A stretch of 64,000 nt of DNA from Alphaproteobacteria bacterium. Lineage in GTDB: Bacteria; Pseudomonadota; Alphaproteobacteria; MPNO01. The notes beneath the pieces are model-generated. The model was given only the letters and a program-made list of their open reading frames with translations. It did no database searches and had not been told where the DNA came from. Positions within the stretch are counted from its first letter, which is position 1. Each line of letters begins with the position of its first letter. The stretch is taken from assembly GCA_964291675.2 (NCBI GenBank), contig OZ219866.1, forward strand, positions 2,400,001-2,464,000, given 5' to 3'. The position numbers and the translations under genes are program-made. Positions 47,717 to 57,529 of the stretch are shown one piece after another.

Positions 47717-48217
47717 ATGGTGGACGGCAAGACTTTCAACGTGCTCTTCCTCTGCACCGGCAATTCGGCGCGGAGCATCCTCGCGGAGGCGATCCTGGCA
47801 CGCGAGAGGATGGGGCGGTTCAGGGCGTTCAGCGCGGGCAGCCAGCCGGCCGGGCGGGTCAACCCGCACGCCCTCGCCCTCCTGCGCAAGCTCAACCATG
47901 ACGTATCCGGGTGCCGCTCCAAGGGCTGGGCCGAGTTCGCCCGGGACGGCGCGCCCGGGATGGACTTCGTCTTCACGGTCTGCGACAACGCCGCCAACGA
48001 GGTGTGCCCGGTCTGGCCCGGACAGCCGATGTCGGCGCATTGGGGCGTTCCCGACCCCGCGGCCGCGACCGGCACCCAGTCCGAGGTCGCCGCCGCGTTT
48101 GCCGATTCCTACCGCATGCTGACCGACAGGATTTCGATCTTTGTCAATCTGCCGATCGCCTCGCTCGACAGGCTCGCGCTCCAGGAGCGTCTCGACGATA
48201 TCGGCAGGACGGGCTGA
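47717..48217 (+). CDS. arsC: Arsenate reductase, LMW-PTPase (thioredoxin-coupled) type
   Basis: LFLCTGNSARS, SAGS, TVCD...CP, HWGVPDP. Confidence 0.92.
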   Translation: MVDGKTFNVLFLCTGNSARSILAEAILARERMGRFRAFSAGSQPAGRVNPHALALLRKLNHDVSGCRSKGWAEFARDGAPGMDFVFTVCDNAANEVCPVWPGQPMSAHWGVPDPAAATGTQSEVAAAFADSYRMLTDRISIFVNLPIASLDRLALQERLDDIGRTG

Positions 48218-48232
48218 CCGCGGCGCGCGCAA

Positions 48233-48895
48233 GTGACGTTTTCCTTCGTCCGGAAACTGGCGGCCGAGGCGCTCGGGACCGGCTTCCTGCTGGCGACCGT
48301 GGTGGGCTCGGGGATCATGGCGGAGACCCTCGCCGGCGGGAACGTGGCGCTCGCGCTCCTGGGCAACACGATCGCGACCGGCGCAATCCTGGCCGTGCTG
48401 ATCCTGATCTTCGGGCCGGTCTCGGGCGCCCATTTCAACCCGGCGGTCACGCTCGCCTTCCTGATCCGGCGCGAGATCGGGGCGCGCGACGCGGCGGTCT
48501 ATGTCGCGGTCCAGATCGCGGCCGGGCTGGCCGGCGTGCTGGTCGCGCATCTGATGTTCGGCGAGCCCGCCTTCGCCGCCTCCGTGAAGGCCCGCACCGG
48601 CATCGGGCAATGGACCGGCGAGTTCGTCGCGACCTTCGGGCTGGTGGCGACGATCCTGGGGACGGTCCGGTTCCGCCCGGACGCAACGCCCTACGCCGTC
48701 GGGCTGTTCATCACGGCGGGGTACTGGTTCACCTCGTCGACCTCCTTCGCCAACCCGGCGGTCACCATCGCGCGCAGCCTGACCGACACCTTCTCCGGCA
48801 TCATGCCGGCGCACGCGCCGGGTTTCGTCGTGGCCCAGCTCGCGGGCGCCGCCGCCGCCGCGCTGGTCTTCCGCTGGCTGCTCAGGGAGGGTTGA
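48233..48895 (+). CDS. MIP/aquaporin family channel, AqpS-like arsenite channel
   Basis: SGAHFNPAVT and SFANPAVT NPA motifs; directly after arsC. Confidence 0.9.
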   Translation: MTFSFVRKLAAEALGTGFLLATVVGSGIMAETLAGGNVALALLGNTIATGAILAVLILIFGPVSGAHFNPAVTLAFLIRREIGARDAAVYVAVQIAAGLAGVLVAHLMFGEPAFAASVKARTGIGQWTGEFVATFGLVATILGTVRFRPDATPYAVGLFITAGYWFTSSTSFANPAVTIARSLTDTFSGIMPAHAPGFVVAQLAGAAAAALVFRWLLREG

Positions 48896-48929
48896 GGGGC
48901 GCCCAGTCAGGCGGCGCGGCAAGGGTCGT

Positions 48930-49100
48930 CAGGCCGGCGGTGACGAACAGGATCGCAAGGCCTGAGACCTTGGCCAGCAGGGCGAGCCCGTAGCCGGTCC
49001 CGACCAGAGCCGCGAAATCGCCCGCGAGGCGCCACGCCATCACGATCCCCGCCGCGATCGGGAGCGCCACCGCGACGCAAGCGATCCGCCCGAAGCGCCG
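48930..49100 (-). pseudogene. CopD-family (copper resistance) internal fragment
   Basis: RRFGRIACVAVALPIAAGIVMAW..GDFAALVGTGYGLALLAK resembles the CopD RRFS...T.YG..LL.K segment; no start, about 55 codons. Confidence 0.6.
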
Positions 49101-49370
49101 GCTCGATGCCACCGCGCGCGGCTTCGACGCGCGCTGCATCGTCACCTCGCTCACCGGCGAGCCCCGCCATCTCAACGAAGGGGTGTATTGCGCCCGCGGC
49201 CAGGCCGAGAACCCGATCAAGCAGCACAAGGCCCAGCTCGCCTCCGACCGCACCTCCTGCCAGAGCCCGACCGCCAACCGGTTCCGCCTCGTCCTGCACA
49301 CCGCCGCCTGCCGGCCGATGCTCGCGCTCCGCGATACCGTGCCGCGCGAACCCGAGCTCGTTCGACCCTC
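49099..49370 (+). mobile_element. IS1380-family transposase remnant
   Basis: RLDATARGFDARCIVTSL..PRHLNEGVYCARGQAENPIKQHKAQLASDRTSCQSPTANRFRLVLHTAA resembles the DDE_Tnp_1_4 C-terminal region; degenerate. Confidence 0.8.
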
Positions 49371-49600
49371 GCCGCCTTGACGGGGTCGGGCAAATACGCG
49401 TCGGCCGGCCCGCCCTGGAAGGGCACCGGAGGCGCCAGCACGATCGAGGCGACCCTGGCGCCGAGCCGGTAGGCGGCGTCCTGGACCGCCTGGACGGCGA
49501 GGGGATCGGCGCCGGTATCGGCGGTGACGAGGACGCCTTCGCCGTCGGCGATGCACATCATGTCGCGCGCCAGCCTGGGTCCGATCCCGGCCTGCGTCAT
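49371..49600 (-). pseudogene. 5' fragment of the M29/leucyl aminopeptidase-like gene, truncated at the IS1380 remnant
   Basis: MTQAGIGPRLARDMMCIADGEGVLVTADTGAD...PFQGGPADAYLPDPVKAA, then reads into antisense IS sequence. Confidence 0.7.
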
Positions 49601-49674
49601 GGCTCATACCCCCGGTTCGGACTCCACTATGGCCGATCGCCCGCGCTCCGGTCGCTGCCGGAGCGCCGAGGCGG

Positions 49675-51291
49675 TCACCCGCGCGCGTCCTCCAGCATCA
49701 TCGCCGCGCCCTTCTCGGCGATCATGACGGTCGGGCTGTTGGTGTTGCCCGAGGTGATCGACGGCATGACCGAGGCGTCGATCACCCGCAGATTCGCCAT
49801 GCCGTGGAGCCTGAGCCGGTCGTCGACCACCGCCTCCGCGTCCCGGCCCATCCTACAGGTGCCGACGGGGTGGAAGATGGTCGTCCCGATATCGCCCGCC
49901 GCCCGGGCTAGCTCGTCATCCGATTGCCGCTCCGGCCCGGGCAGGACCTCCTCGGGGGCGTAGGGGCCGAGCGACGGCGCGGCGACGATTTTCCGGGTCA
50001 GCCGGATCGCTTCCACCGCCACCCGCCGGTCGCCCGGGGTCGAGAGGTAGTTGGGCGCGATCGCCGGCGGCTCCCTCGGGTCGGGCGATCTCAGGCGTAC
50101 CGTGCCCCGGCTCTCCGGCCGCAGATTGCACACCGAGGCGGTGAAGGCGGGGAAGCGGTGCAGCGGCTCGCCGAACCGGTCGAGCGAGAGCGGCTGGACG
50201 TGGTATTGCAGGTTCGCGGTCTCGCGCGAGGCGTCGGATCTGGCGAACACGCCGAGCTGGCTCGGCGCCATGGAGAGCGGGCCGCGCCGGAACAGCAGGT
50301 ATTGCAGCCCCATCCCGGCCTTGCCCCACAGGCTGTTGGCGAGCTGGTTGAGGGTCACGACATTGGCGACCCGGTAGATCAGCCGGAGCTGCAGATGGTC
50401 CTGGAGGTTGCCGCCGACGCCGGGCAGCTCGTGGCGCAGCTCCACGCCGTTGGCGCGCAGGAGCTCGCCCGGCCCGACGCCGGAGACCTGCAGGAGATGC
50501 GGCGATCCGATCGAGCCCGCCGCCAGCACCAGCTCGCCCGCCACCTCGACCCGGCTCTCCGTCCCCTTGAGCCAGAATTCGAGCCCGCTGGCCCGGTTTC
50601 CGTCGAACCGGATGCGCCTCGCCTGGGCGTGCACGAGCACCGTGAGGTTGGGACGGTTGCGCGCCGGCTTGAGGAAGGCGTCGACGGCGCTCCAGCGGGT
50701 GCCCCGGCGCTGGTTGACCGTGAACTTTCCGGTGCCCTCGTTGTCGCCGTCGTTGAAATCGGGCGTCGGCGCGATGCCGACGTCGTTGCAGGCGCGCTCG
50801 AAGGCATCCAGGATCTCCCAGCCCAGGCGCTGGCGCTCGACCCGCCACTCCCCGCCGGTGCCGTGAAACGCGCCGGCCGGGCCGAAATGATGCTCCGACT
50901 TCAGGAACCAGGGCAGCACGTCGTCCCAGCCCCAGCCGCGATTGCCCATCTGGGCCCAGAGATCGTAGTCGCGCGCCTGGCCGCGCATGTAGATCATGCC
51001 GTTGATCGACGAGCAGCCGCCGAGCACCCGGCCGCGCGCGTAGTTGAGCGCGCGCCCGTTCAGCCCGAGCTCGGGCTCGGTCCGAAAACACCAGTCGGTG
51101 CGCGGGTTGTTCTGGGTGTAGAGATAGCCGACCGGCACCTTGATCCAGAAATAGTCGTCCTTGCCGCCGGCCTCCAGCAGCAGCACCCGGTTGCGCCGGT
51201 CTTCCGACAGCCGGTTGGCCAGCACGCAGCCCGCCGGACCGGCGCCGACGATCACGTAGTCGAAGCTGCCGAGGCTGGCGGGCTCCGCCAT
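49675..51291 (-). CDS. GMC oxidoreductase (choline dehydrogenase-like)
   Basis: DYVIVGAGPAG, RGRVLGGCSSINGM, NLQDH, FHPVGTC, GNTNSP; GGGAAGG SD before ATG 51291. Confidence 0.93.
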   Translation of the reverse strand: MAEPASLGSFDYVIVGAGPAGCVLANRLSEDRRNRVLLLEAGGKDDYFWIKVPVGYLYTQNNPRTDWCFRTEPELGLNGRALNYARGRVLGGCSSINGMIYMRGQARDYDLWAQMGNRGWGWDDVLPWFLKSEHHFGPAGAFHGTGGEWRVERQRLGWEILDAFERACNDVGIAPTPDFNDGDNEGTGKFTVNQRRGTRWSAVDAFLKPARNRPNLTVLVHAQARRIRFDGNRASGLEFWLKGTESRVEVAGELVLAAGSIGSPHLLQVSGVGPGELLRANGVELRHELPGVGGNLQDHLQLRLIYRVANVVTLNQLANSLWGKAGMGLQYLLFRRGPLSMAPSQLGVFARSDASRETANLQYHVQPLSLDRFGEPLHRFPAFTASVCNLRPESRGTVRLRSPDPREPPAIAPNYLSTPGDRRVAVEAIRLTRKIVAAPSLGPYAPEEVLPGPERQSDDELARAAGDIGTTIFHPVGTCRMGRDAEAVVDDRLRLHGMANLRVIDASVMPSITSGNTNSPTVMIAEKGAAMMLEDARG

Positions 51292-51363
51292 GCGCTTCCT
51301 TCCCGAGCGTGACGAACGGACGGACCACTGTAAGGCGCATCCCGGCCGGATTGAACCGTCGCG

Positions 51364-51481
51364 CGCCCCTCGATACGGCGCTTCGCGCCTGCTCGGGATG
51401 AGGAGCAAGCACTGGCCCGCCGACCACGCACCCTCACCCTGAGTAGCCCCCGGAACAAGTCCGGGGGCGTATCGAAGGGCG
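51364..51481 (-). repeat. Intergenic palindromic REP/REPIN-like element, copy C (chimeric arm)
   Basis: Same arms as copy B with a few substitutions; 28-nt spacer; inner loop expanded to CCGGAACAAGTCCGG. Confidence 0.85.
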
Positions 51482-51525
51482 GGCGGCCGGGCTGTGCTAA
51501 CGTTGCATCGAAAGGGGAAACGGCG

Positions 51526-52179
51526 ATGCCGACGGTGGCGGTGATCGGCGCGAGCCGGGGAATCGGGCTCGGCCTGGCCGGGCTTTACGCGGGCGAAGGG
51601 TGGCGCGTGCACGCGACCACGCGCACGCCCGACAGCCCGGGAGCGCTCGGCAGGGTCGCGGGCGATGTGCATCTCCACGGGCTCGACGTGACGGATCGCG
51701 CGCAGCAGCGCACGTTTCGCGACGCGCTCCGGGACGAGGGCATCGACGTGCTGATCCACAACGCCGGCGTCTATGGCGACGGGATGAGTGCCGCCGCGGT
51801 CAACCGGGTCAACGCCGAGGCCCCGATCGAGATGGCCGAGCTGCTGATGGACGCGGTGCTGCGGAGCGGGCAGCGCAAGATCGCGCTGATCACCAGCACG
51901 ATGGGCGCGCGCCGGGGCTCCAGTCGAGGCCTCGGCAAGTACGGCGAGTCCAAGGCGGCGCTCAACGACCGGTTCCGCGAGCGCGAGGGGCGCTGGCGCG
52001 AGCAGGGCTGTCTCGCGGTCGTGATCCATCCCGGCTGGGTCCGCACCGACATGGGCGGGCGGCATGCCTCGATCTCGGTGGTCGAGAGCGCGCGCGGCAT
52101 CTGCGCCGTCATGGCCGGGCTCGACGACGCCGGGCATGGCCGCTTCTGGAACTGGGACGGGCGCGAGCACCCGTGGTAG
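51526..52179 (+). CDS. SDR oxidoreductase (CsgA/C-factor-like)
   Basis: IGASRGIG, HNAG, YGESK, HPGWVRTDMGG, PW end. Confidence 0.9.
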   Translation: MPTVAVIGASRGIGLGLAGLYAGEGWRVHATTRTPDSPGALGRVAGDVHLHGLDVTDRAQQRTFRDALRDEGIDVLIHNAGVYGDGMSAAAVNRVNAEAPIEMAELLMDAVLRSGQRKIALITSTMGARRGSSRGLGKYGESKAALNDRFREREGRWREQGCLAVVIHPGWVRTDMGGRHASISVVESARGICAVMAGLDDAGHGRFWNWDGREHPW

Positions 52180-52183
52180 AGGC

Positions 52184-53251
52184 CTATCCCCGGTAGACGA
52201 GCCGGATCCGGTGCCGCGTGCCTGCCGGGCTGACGCCCTGCGACCATTGCACCGAATAGGGGGTCGGCGCGCGGAAATCGGGGATCGACAGCCAGAGGCG
52301 CCACAGCACGCGCTTGCGCTCGGGCTCCGGCCAGTCCTCGAACTCCGTCCTGGTGTGGATGGCGGTATAGTTGTTGAGGATCTGGATGTCGCCCCGCCTG
52401 AATTCCATGTCGGCGTGGTGCTCTTCGGCGAGCGCCGAGACGAAGTCGATGGCCTCGCGCTGCACCGGCGTCATGTCCGGCGTCTCGGCCAGCGCGTGGC
52501 CCTTCTGGATGTGCTGCGGCCCGAAAGCGGTCGAGAGCCTGCCGTCGCGGAAGTTGAACACCGGGCTCTCGAAATAGGGGATCTCGCCCGCGTCCGTCTC
52601 GCCATGCTTGGTCCAGCAGAACGGCCGGGTCAGCACGTCGAGCAGGTCGGGGCGCTGCCGCAACACCTCGTTATGGAGCCTGACCGAGCTCGCGATCTTG
52701 GAGAGCCCGCCCGATTTCGCGGTGTGGATGCACAAGAGCGCCACCGCGTCCGTCTGGTCGCAGTGATAGTCCATCGTCGCCGCGGTCTGGTAACCGCGAT
52801 GCCTGGGATGGCCGTATTCCCGGCCGGCGTCCAGCACGTGGCCGATCATGTCGCCTTCCGGGTTGTTGGACCGGGGGGTTCCCATGTGGAGGCCCATCGC
52901 CCAGTACGCGGCGGCGGCCTCCAGCGGCGACAGGTCGTCCATCGGCAGGCCGCGGTAGAGCGCGATGCCCGGCCCGTCGCGCAAGGACTCCAGCATCGCG
53001 TCCACCCGTTCGGCGAACGGGCCGAGGTCGAAATCCGATCGCGCGGTCGCGAGCAGCCGGTCGGGATCGCCGTCCAGCCTCGCGGCGGCGGCGCGCGCCA
53101 TGTCGACCAGATGGGCGGTCTCCGCCGCCGTCGCTTGGAAGCGCCAATCGGTCCTCGCCTCGAGCTCGGGCCCGGTCCAGTCCGCCGGGTCGACCGCCTC
53201 CTGGCCGTTCGAGGCGGCGGGGCGGTCGGCGGCGTCAAGGGTAACGGTCAT
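52184..53251 (-). CDS. TauD/TfdA-family Fe(II)/2OG dioxygenase
   Basis: YHCD, ALLC..AKSGG.S, GDIQILNN...HTR, LWRLWL. Confidence 0.88.
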   Translation of the reverse strand: MTVTLDAADRPAASNGQEAVDPADWTGPELEARTDWRFQATAAETAHLVDMARAAAARLDGDPDRLLATARSDFDLGPFAERVDAMLESLRDGPGIALYRGLPMDDLSPLEAAAAYWAMGLHMGTPRSNNPEGDMIGHVLDAGREYGHPRHRGYQTAATMDYHCDQTDAVALLCIHTAKSGGLSKIASSVRLHNEVLRQRPDLLDVLTRPFCWTKHGETDAGEIPYFESPVFNFRDGRLSTAFGPQHIQKGHALAETPDMTPVQREAIDFVSALAEEHHADMEFRRGDIQILNNYTAIHTRTEFEDWPEPERKRVLWRLWLSIPDFRAPTPYSVQWSQGVSPAGTRHRIRLVYRG

Positions 53252-53273
53252 CGGTTCTGCCTCCCGGCAAGCG

Positions 53274-54260
53274 CTACCCGACCCTGGCGGGAGGCGGAGA
53301 TTGCCCGGCGCCGGCCGCCCGGTGGATCTTCTCGATATAGTGGTCGGCGAGGCTTATCGCGTCGCCCGCGTCCTCGAAGATCCCGTTGAGCATCGCGTCG
53401 TAGTTGGGCTGGTGGAAGAACACCAGCGAGATCCGGTCCCGCTGGGCGGCCCCCTGCGGCGGGTTGGCGACCCGGTGCAGGGTCGAGGCCCAGCGCCCGC
53501 CGGTCCAGCGCGCCATCGCATCGCCGAGATTGCAGACGAAGCCGTCCGCGGGCGGGCGCATGTCGGTCCAGCCGCCTTGCGGGAGCTTTACTTGCAGGCT
53601 TCCCGGCACGTCGTCGCCGCGCAGGATGGTGAGCGTGCCGTAATCGGTATGGGCGCCCGCGCGGAGCTGCCGCTCCGCCGGGGCAACGGTCTGCGCCGGG
53701 TAGCGGATCAGCCGCATCACGCTGGCCGGCCGGTCGATCTTGTCGGCGAAGAACCGCTCGTCGAGCCCGAGCGCGAGCGCCATCGCTCCCATCAGGCGGT
53801 CGCCGAGCTCCGACAGGGTGCGGAAATACGCGTCCACCGTCTCGCGGAAGCCTTCCGGCCGCGCGGGGTAGCGGTTGTCGGCGAAGAAATACGCCGCGAC
53901 CTCGCCCCTGTAGTAGGGATCGTCCGGCACGTCGGGCGGGCCCATCGCGTAGGCCTCTTGCAGGTCGGGCGGCGTCTCGACCCCCAGCGTGTAGGCGAGC
54001 GAGCGGTCGGCGTAGGGGTAGTAGCCACGCCCGACCCGGCTCTCCGGCCTGAGAATCCGGCGCTTCTCGGAGACCGGCAGGGCGAAGAAATCGACCGCCG
54101 CCTGGCGGGTGCGGGCGATCAGCTCGGCCGGGACCCCGTGCCCGGTGATGCAGAAGAACCCGGACTCCTCGCACGCCGCGGCGATCTCGTTCGCCACCCT
54201 CCGCCTGTCTTCGGCCCCGCCTTGCAAATAGGGGCCGATATCGATCGCCGGAATCGACAT
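53274..54260 (-). CDS. Isopenicillin N synthase-family 2OG-Fe(II) oxygenase
   Basis: IPAIDIG, ACEESGFF..GHGV, AHTDYG, NLGD, STLHRV, RIS; GGGGAGG SD before ATG 54260. Confidence 0.92.
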   Translation of the reverse strand: MSIPAIDIGPYLQGGAEDRRRVANEIAAACEESGFFCITGHGVPAELIARTRQAAVDFFALPVSEKRRILRPESRVGRGYYPYADRSLAYTLGVETPPDLQEAYAMGPPDVPDDPYYRGEVAAYFFADNRYPARPEGFRETVDAYFRTLSELGDRLMGAMALALGLDERFFADKIDRPASVMRLIRYPAQTVAPAERQLRAGAHTDYGTLTILRGDDVPGSLQVKLPQGGWTDMRPPADGFVCNLGDAMARWTGGRWASTLHRVANPPQGAAQRDRISLVFFHQPNYDAMLNGIFEDAGDAISLADHYIEKIHRAAGAGQSPPPARVG

Positions 54261-54383
54261 GCCTGTCGCCTCCCCATGTTTTGATAGAGGATTTCGCTCT
54301 CTGGCGCCAGCACGGCACCGCTCACCGGCTTGCCACCCCCGCCGCCCGGCCGTAGGTTTTGTCTCCCCTTGGAGGCAAGCGCG

Positions 54384-56456
54384 ATGCCGCTGGACGCAGC
54401 GCCCGAGATCGTCCCCTCGACCTGCCCGCACGATTGTCCGAGCGCCTGCGCGCTGGACGTCGAGAGGCTGGACGCGCGCACCATCGGGCGGGTACACGGC
54501 GCGAAGTCCAACCCCTACACGGCTGGCGTGGTCTGCGCCAAGGTCGCCCGCTATGCCGAGCGGGTGCACCACCCGGCCCGCCTGACCCGCCCGCTCAGGC
54601 GCGTCGGCGCCAGGGGGGAGGGGATCGGGGCCTTCGCGCCGATCGGCTGGGACGAGGCGCTGGACGAGGTCGCGGACCGGCTGAGGGCCATCGCCCGGGA
54701 ATGGGGCGGCGAGGCGGTGTGGCCCTATTTCTATGCCGGCACGATGGGGCTGGTGCAGCGCGACGGCATCGACCGGCTGCGCCACGCCATGCGCTACGCC
54801 CGCCAGCACTCGACCTTCTGCGTCGCGCTCGCCGATGCCGGCTGGCGCGCCGGGGTGGGCGTCAAGTACGGCACGGACTCGCGCGAGATCCAGGATGCCG
54901 ACCTGATCGTGGTGTGGGGCGGCAACCCGGTGAACACCCAGGTCAACGTGATGACCCATGTCGCGCGGGCGCGCAAGCGGCGCGGCGCGAAGCTCGTCGT
55001 CGTCGATCCCTACCGCACCGGGACGGCGGAACAGGCCGACATGCATCTGGCGCTCCGCCCGGGCACCGACGGGGCGCTCGCCTGCGCGGTGATGCACGTC
55101 CTGTTCCGCGACGGCCGGGCCGACCGGGAATTCATGCAGCGTTACGCCGATTGCCCGGCCGCGCTGGAGGAGCATCTGCGAACCCGCGGACCCGGATGGG
55201 CCGCCCGCATCACCGGCCTCGGCATCGACGAGATCGAGGCCTTCGCCGCGCTCTACGGGCGGACCGACCGCGCCTATATGCGGGTCGGCTACGGCTTTAC
55301 CCGTTCGCGCAACGGCGCGGCCAACATGCACGCGGTGACCTCGATCCCGACCGTCGCCGGCAAGTGGCGCCACCAAGGGGGCGGGGCGCTCTACTCGAAC
55401 GCGGAGCTGTTCCCGGTCGACTTCACCCTGATCCGCGGCCTCGACGCGATGGACAAATCCACCCGGATTCTCGACCAGGCGCGCATCGGCCCGGTGCTCG
55501 CCGGCGATCCCCGCGACGGCACCGACCGGCTTCCGGTCAAGGCGATCTTCATCCAGAACACCAATCCGATGATGGTGGCGCCGGAAACCCGCAAGGTGCG
55601 CGAGGGCTTCCTGCGCGAGGACCTGTTCGTCTGCGTCCACGAGCAGTTCATGACCGAGACCGCGGCGATGGCCGATATCGTGCTGCCGGCGACGACCTTC
55701 CTGGAACATGACGACATCTACCTCGCCGGCGGCCACACCTATCTCCAGATCGCCCGGCGGGCGATCGAGCCGCCTGGGGAGTGCCGGTCCAACCACGAGG
55801 TGCTGTGCGGCCTCGCCGAGCGCCTCGGTGCCGACCATCCCGGCTTCCGCATGACGGCGTGGGAGATCGTCGACGCGACGCTGAAGGCCTCCGGGCTGGG
55901 CGATGCCGAGTCGGCGGCCGACGGGCGCTGGATCGACTGCGCCAAATCCTCCCGGGAAATGCGCTTCCTCGACGGGTTCGGCCATGCGGACGGCAAGTTC
56001 CGCTTCCGGCCGGACTGGTCCGCCGTCGGCCGCGACGCGGACCGCATGCCCGAGCTGCCGGACCATTGCGCGATCGTCGACGAGGCCGACGACGAGCACC
56101 CGTTCCGGCTGGTGACCGCGCCGGCGCGCAACTACCTCAACTCGAGCTTCACCGAGACGCCGACCTCGCGGCAGCGCGAGGGACGGCCGACGATCAAGCT
56201 GCACCCCGCCGACCTGGCGGCCGCCGGCATCGGCGACGGCGACCGCGTGCGTGCGGGCAACCGGCGCGCCTCCATCGTCGTCCACGCCGAGGCGTTCGAC
56301 GGCTTGCAGCGGGGCGTTGCGGTCATCGAGAGCCTGTGGCCCAACGCGGCGTTCGAGGAGGGGCTCGGGGTCAACGCGCTGGTGAGCGCCGATCCCGGCC
56401 CGCCCTATGGCGGCGCGGTCTATCACGACACCGCGATCTGGGTCCGGCCGGCCTGA
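54384..56456 (+). CDS. Cytoplasmic molybdopterin (bis-MGD) oxidoreductase family protein
   Basis: CPHDCPSAC...C Fe-S motif, WGGNP, ADIVLPATTFLE, C-terminal MopB binding domain; no Tat signal; GGAGG SD. Confidence 0.9.
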   Translation: MPLDAAPEIVPSTCPHDCPSACALDVERLDARTIGRVHGAKSNPYTAGVVCAKVARYAERVHHPARLTRPLRRVGARGEGIGAFAPIGWDEALDEVADRLRAIAREWGGEAVWPYFYAGTMGLVQRDGIDRLRHAMRYARQHSTFCVALADAGWRAGVGVKYGTDSREIQDADLIVVWGGNPVNTQVNVMTHVARARKRRGAKLVVVDPYRTGTAEQADMHLALRPGTDGALACAVMHVLFRDGRADREFMQRYADCPAALEEHLRTRGPGWAARITGLGIDEIEAFAALYGRTDRAYMRVGYGFTRSRNGAANMHAVTSIPTVAGKWRHQGGGALYSNAELFPVDFTLIRGLDAMDKSTRILDQARIGPVLAGDPRDGTDRLPVKAIFIQNTNPMMVAPETRKVREGFLREDLFVCVHEQFMTETAAMADIVLPATTFLEHDDIYLAGGHTYLQIARRAIEPPGECRSNHEVLCGLAERLGADHPGFRMTAWEIVDATLKASGLGDAESAADGRWIDCAKSSREMRFLDGFGHADGKFRFRPDWSAVGRDADRMPELPDHCAIVDEADDEHPFRLVTAPARNYLNSSFTETPTSRQREGRPTIKLHPADLAAAGIGDGDRVRAGNRRASIVVHAEAFDGLQRGVAVIESLWPNAAFEEGLGVNALVSADPGPPYGGAVYHDTAIWVRPA

Positions 56457-56512
56457 GGCGGCGTCTCGGAAGATTGCTTGCCTTTGTCTCGGCCCCGGCC
56501 ATACCCCCAGGT

Positions 56513-56604
56513 CGTCATGCCCGGACTTTTTCCGGGCATCTCCCCGGCCGGTTGAGCCGAGGTTGCGGGCGGCGTGGATGGCCGGAACAGGTCCCGCCAT
56601 GCCG
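56513..56604 (+). repeat. CGTC-tagged REP-like doublet (second repeat family)
   Basis: CGTCATGCCCGGACTTTTTCCGGGCATC ... GGATGGCCGGAACAGGTCCCGCCATGCCG inverted arms with internal hairpins. Confidence 0.75.
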
Positions 56605-56772
56605 GGGTGGGGACGGGATGCGAGGGCGCGCGCGCTTCGGGAACGGGGCGGTAGCGCGTCAGTGTCCGCGGGCGGGCAAACCGACGCCGTTTCGCCCGCG
56701 CGCCGGTTGCCAGACCGGGTCCGGCAAGGCAACCTGCCGCCACGCAACGCGCGCCCAGCGAAGAGGATCGCC

Positions 56773-57504
56773 ATGCAGCTCGACGACAAGGTCGCCCTTG
56801 TGACCGGCGCGGCCTCCGGCTTCGGCGAGGGCATCGCCCGGCGCTTCGCCGGGGAAGGCGCGAGCGTGGTCGTCGCCGACCTGAACGACCAGACGGGCCG
56901 CAAGGTCGCGGACGAGATCGGCGGCGCCTACGTCCATGCCGACGTCGCGGACCGGGAGGACGTGCGGACCATGGTCGGGACCGCGGTCGAGCGCTACGGC
57001 CGGCTCGACGTGATGGTCAACAATGCCGGCGTCACCCATGTCAACCGGCCGATGCTGGAGGTCGGCGAGGAGGAGTTCGACCGCATCTTCCAGGTCAACG
57101 TGAAGGCGATCTATTTGTCGGCGATGGAGACGGTGCCGCTGATGCGCGAACAGGGCGGCGGCTGCATCATCAACACCGCGTCGACCGCCGGGCTGCGCCC
57201 GCGGCCCGGCCTGACCTGGTACAACGCGTCCAAGGGCGCGGTGATCACCATGACCAAGTCGATGGCCGCCGAGCTCGGCCCCGACAATATCCGGGTCAAC
57301 GCGCTCTGCCCGGTCGCCGGCGACACCCCGCTGCTGCCGTCGTTCCTCGGCGCCAACAGCCGCGAGGCGTTCGAGGCGACCGTGCCGCTCGGCCGGCTGT
57401 CGAGCTCGGAAGACGTCGCCAAGGCGGCGCTGTGGCTGGCGAGCGACGAGGCGAGCTTCATCACCGGGGTCGCGCTCGAGGTGGATGGCGGGCGCTGCGT
57501 TTAG
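56773..57504 (+). CDS. SDR oxidoreductase (3-oxoacyl reductase-like)
   Basis: TGAASGFG, NNAG, YNASK, VDGG; GAGG SD. Confidence 0.92.
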   Translation: MQLDDKVALVTGAASGFGEGIARRFAGEGASVVVADLNDQTGRKVADEIGGAYVHADVADREDVRTMVGTAVERYGRLDVMVNNAGVTHVNRPMLEVGEEEFDRIFQVNVKAIYLSAMETVPLMREQGGGCIINTASTAGLRPRPGLTWYNASKGAVITMTKSMAAELGPDNIRVNALCPVAGDTPLLPSFLGANSREAFEATVPLGRLSSSEDVAKAALWLASDEASFITGVALEVDGGRCV

Positions 57505-57529
57505 CCGGGCAGCAACCAGGGAGGAACCC

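Noticed and set aside
53274-56903. 1209-aa minus-strand ORF suggesting a giant fused oxygenase
   Set aside because: Only the last 328 aa are the IPNS-like protein, which has its own SD and ATG at 54260. The rest is the antisense shadow of the Mo-enzyme gene.
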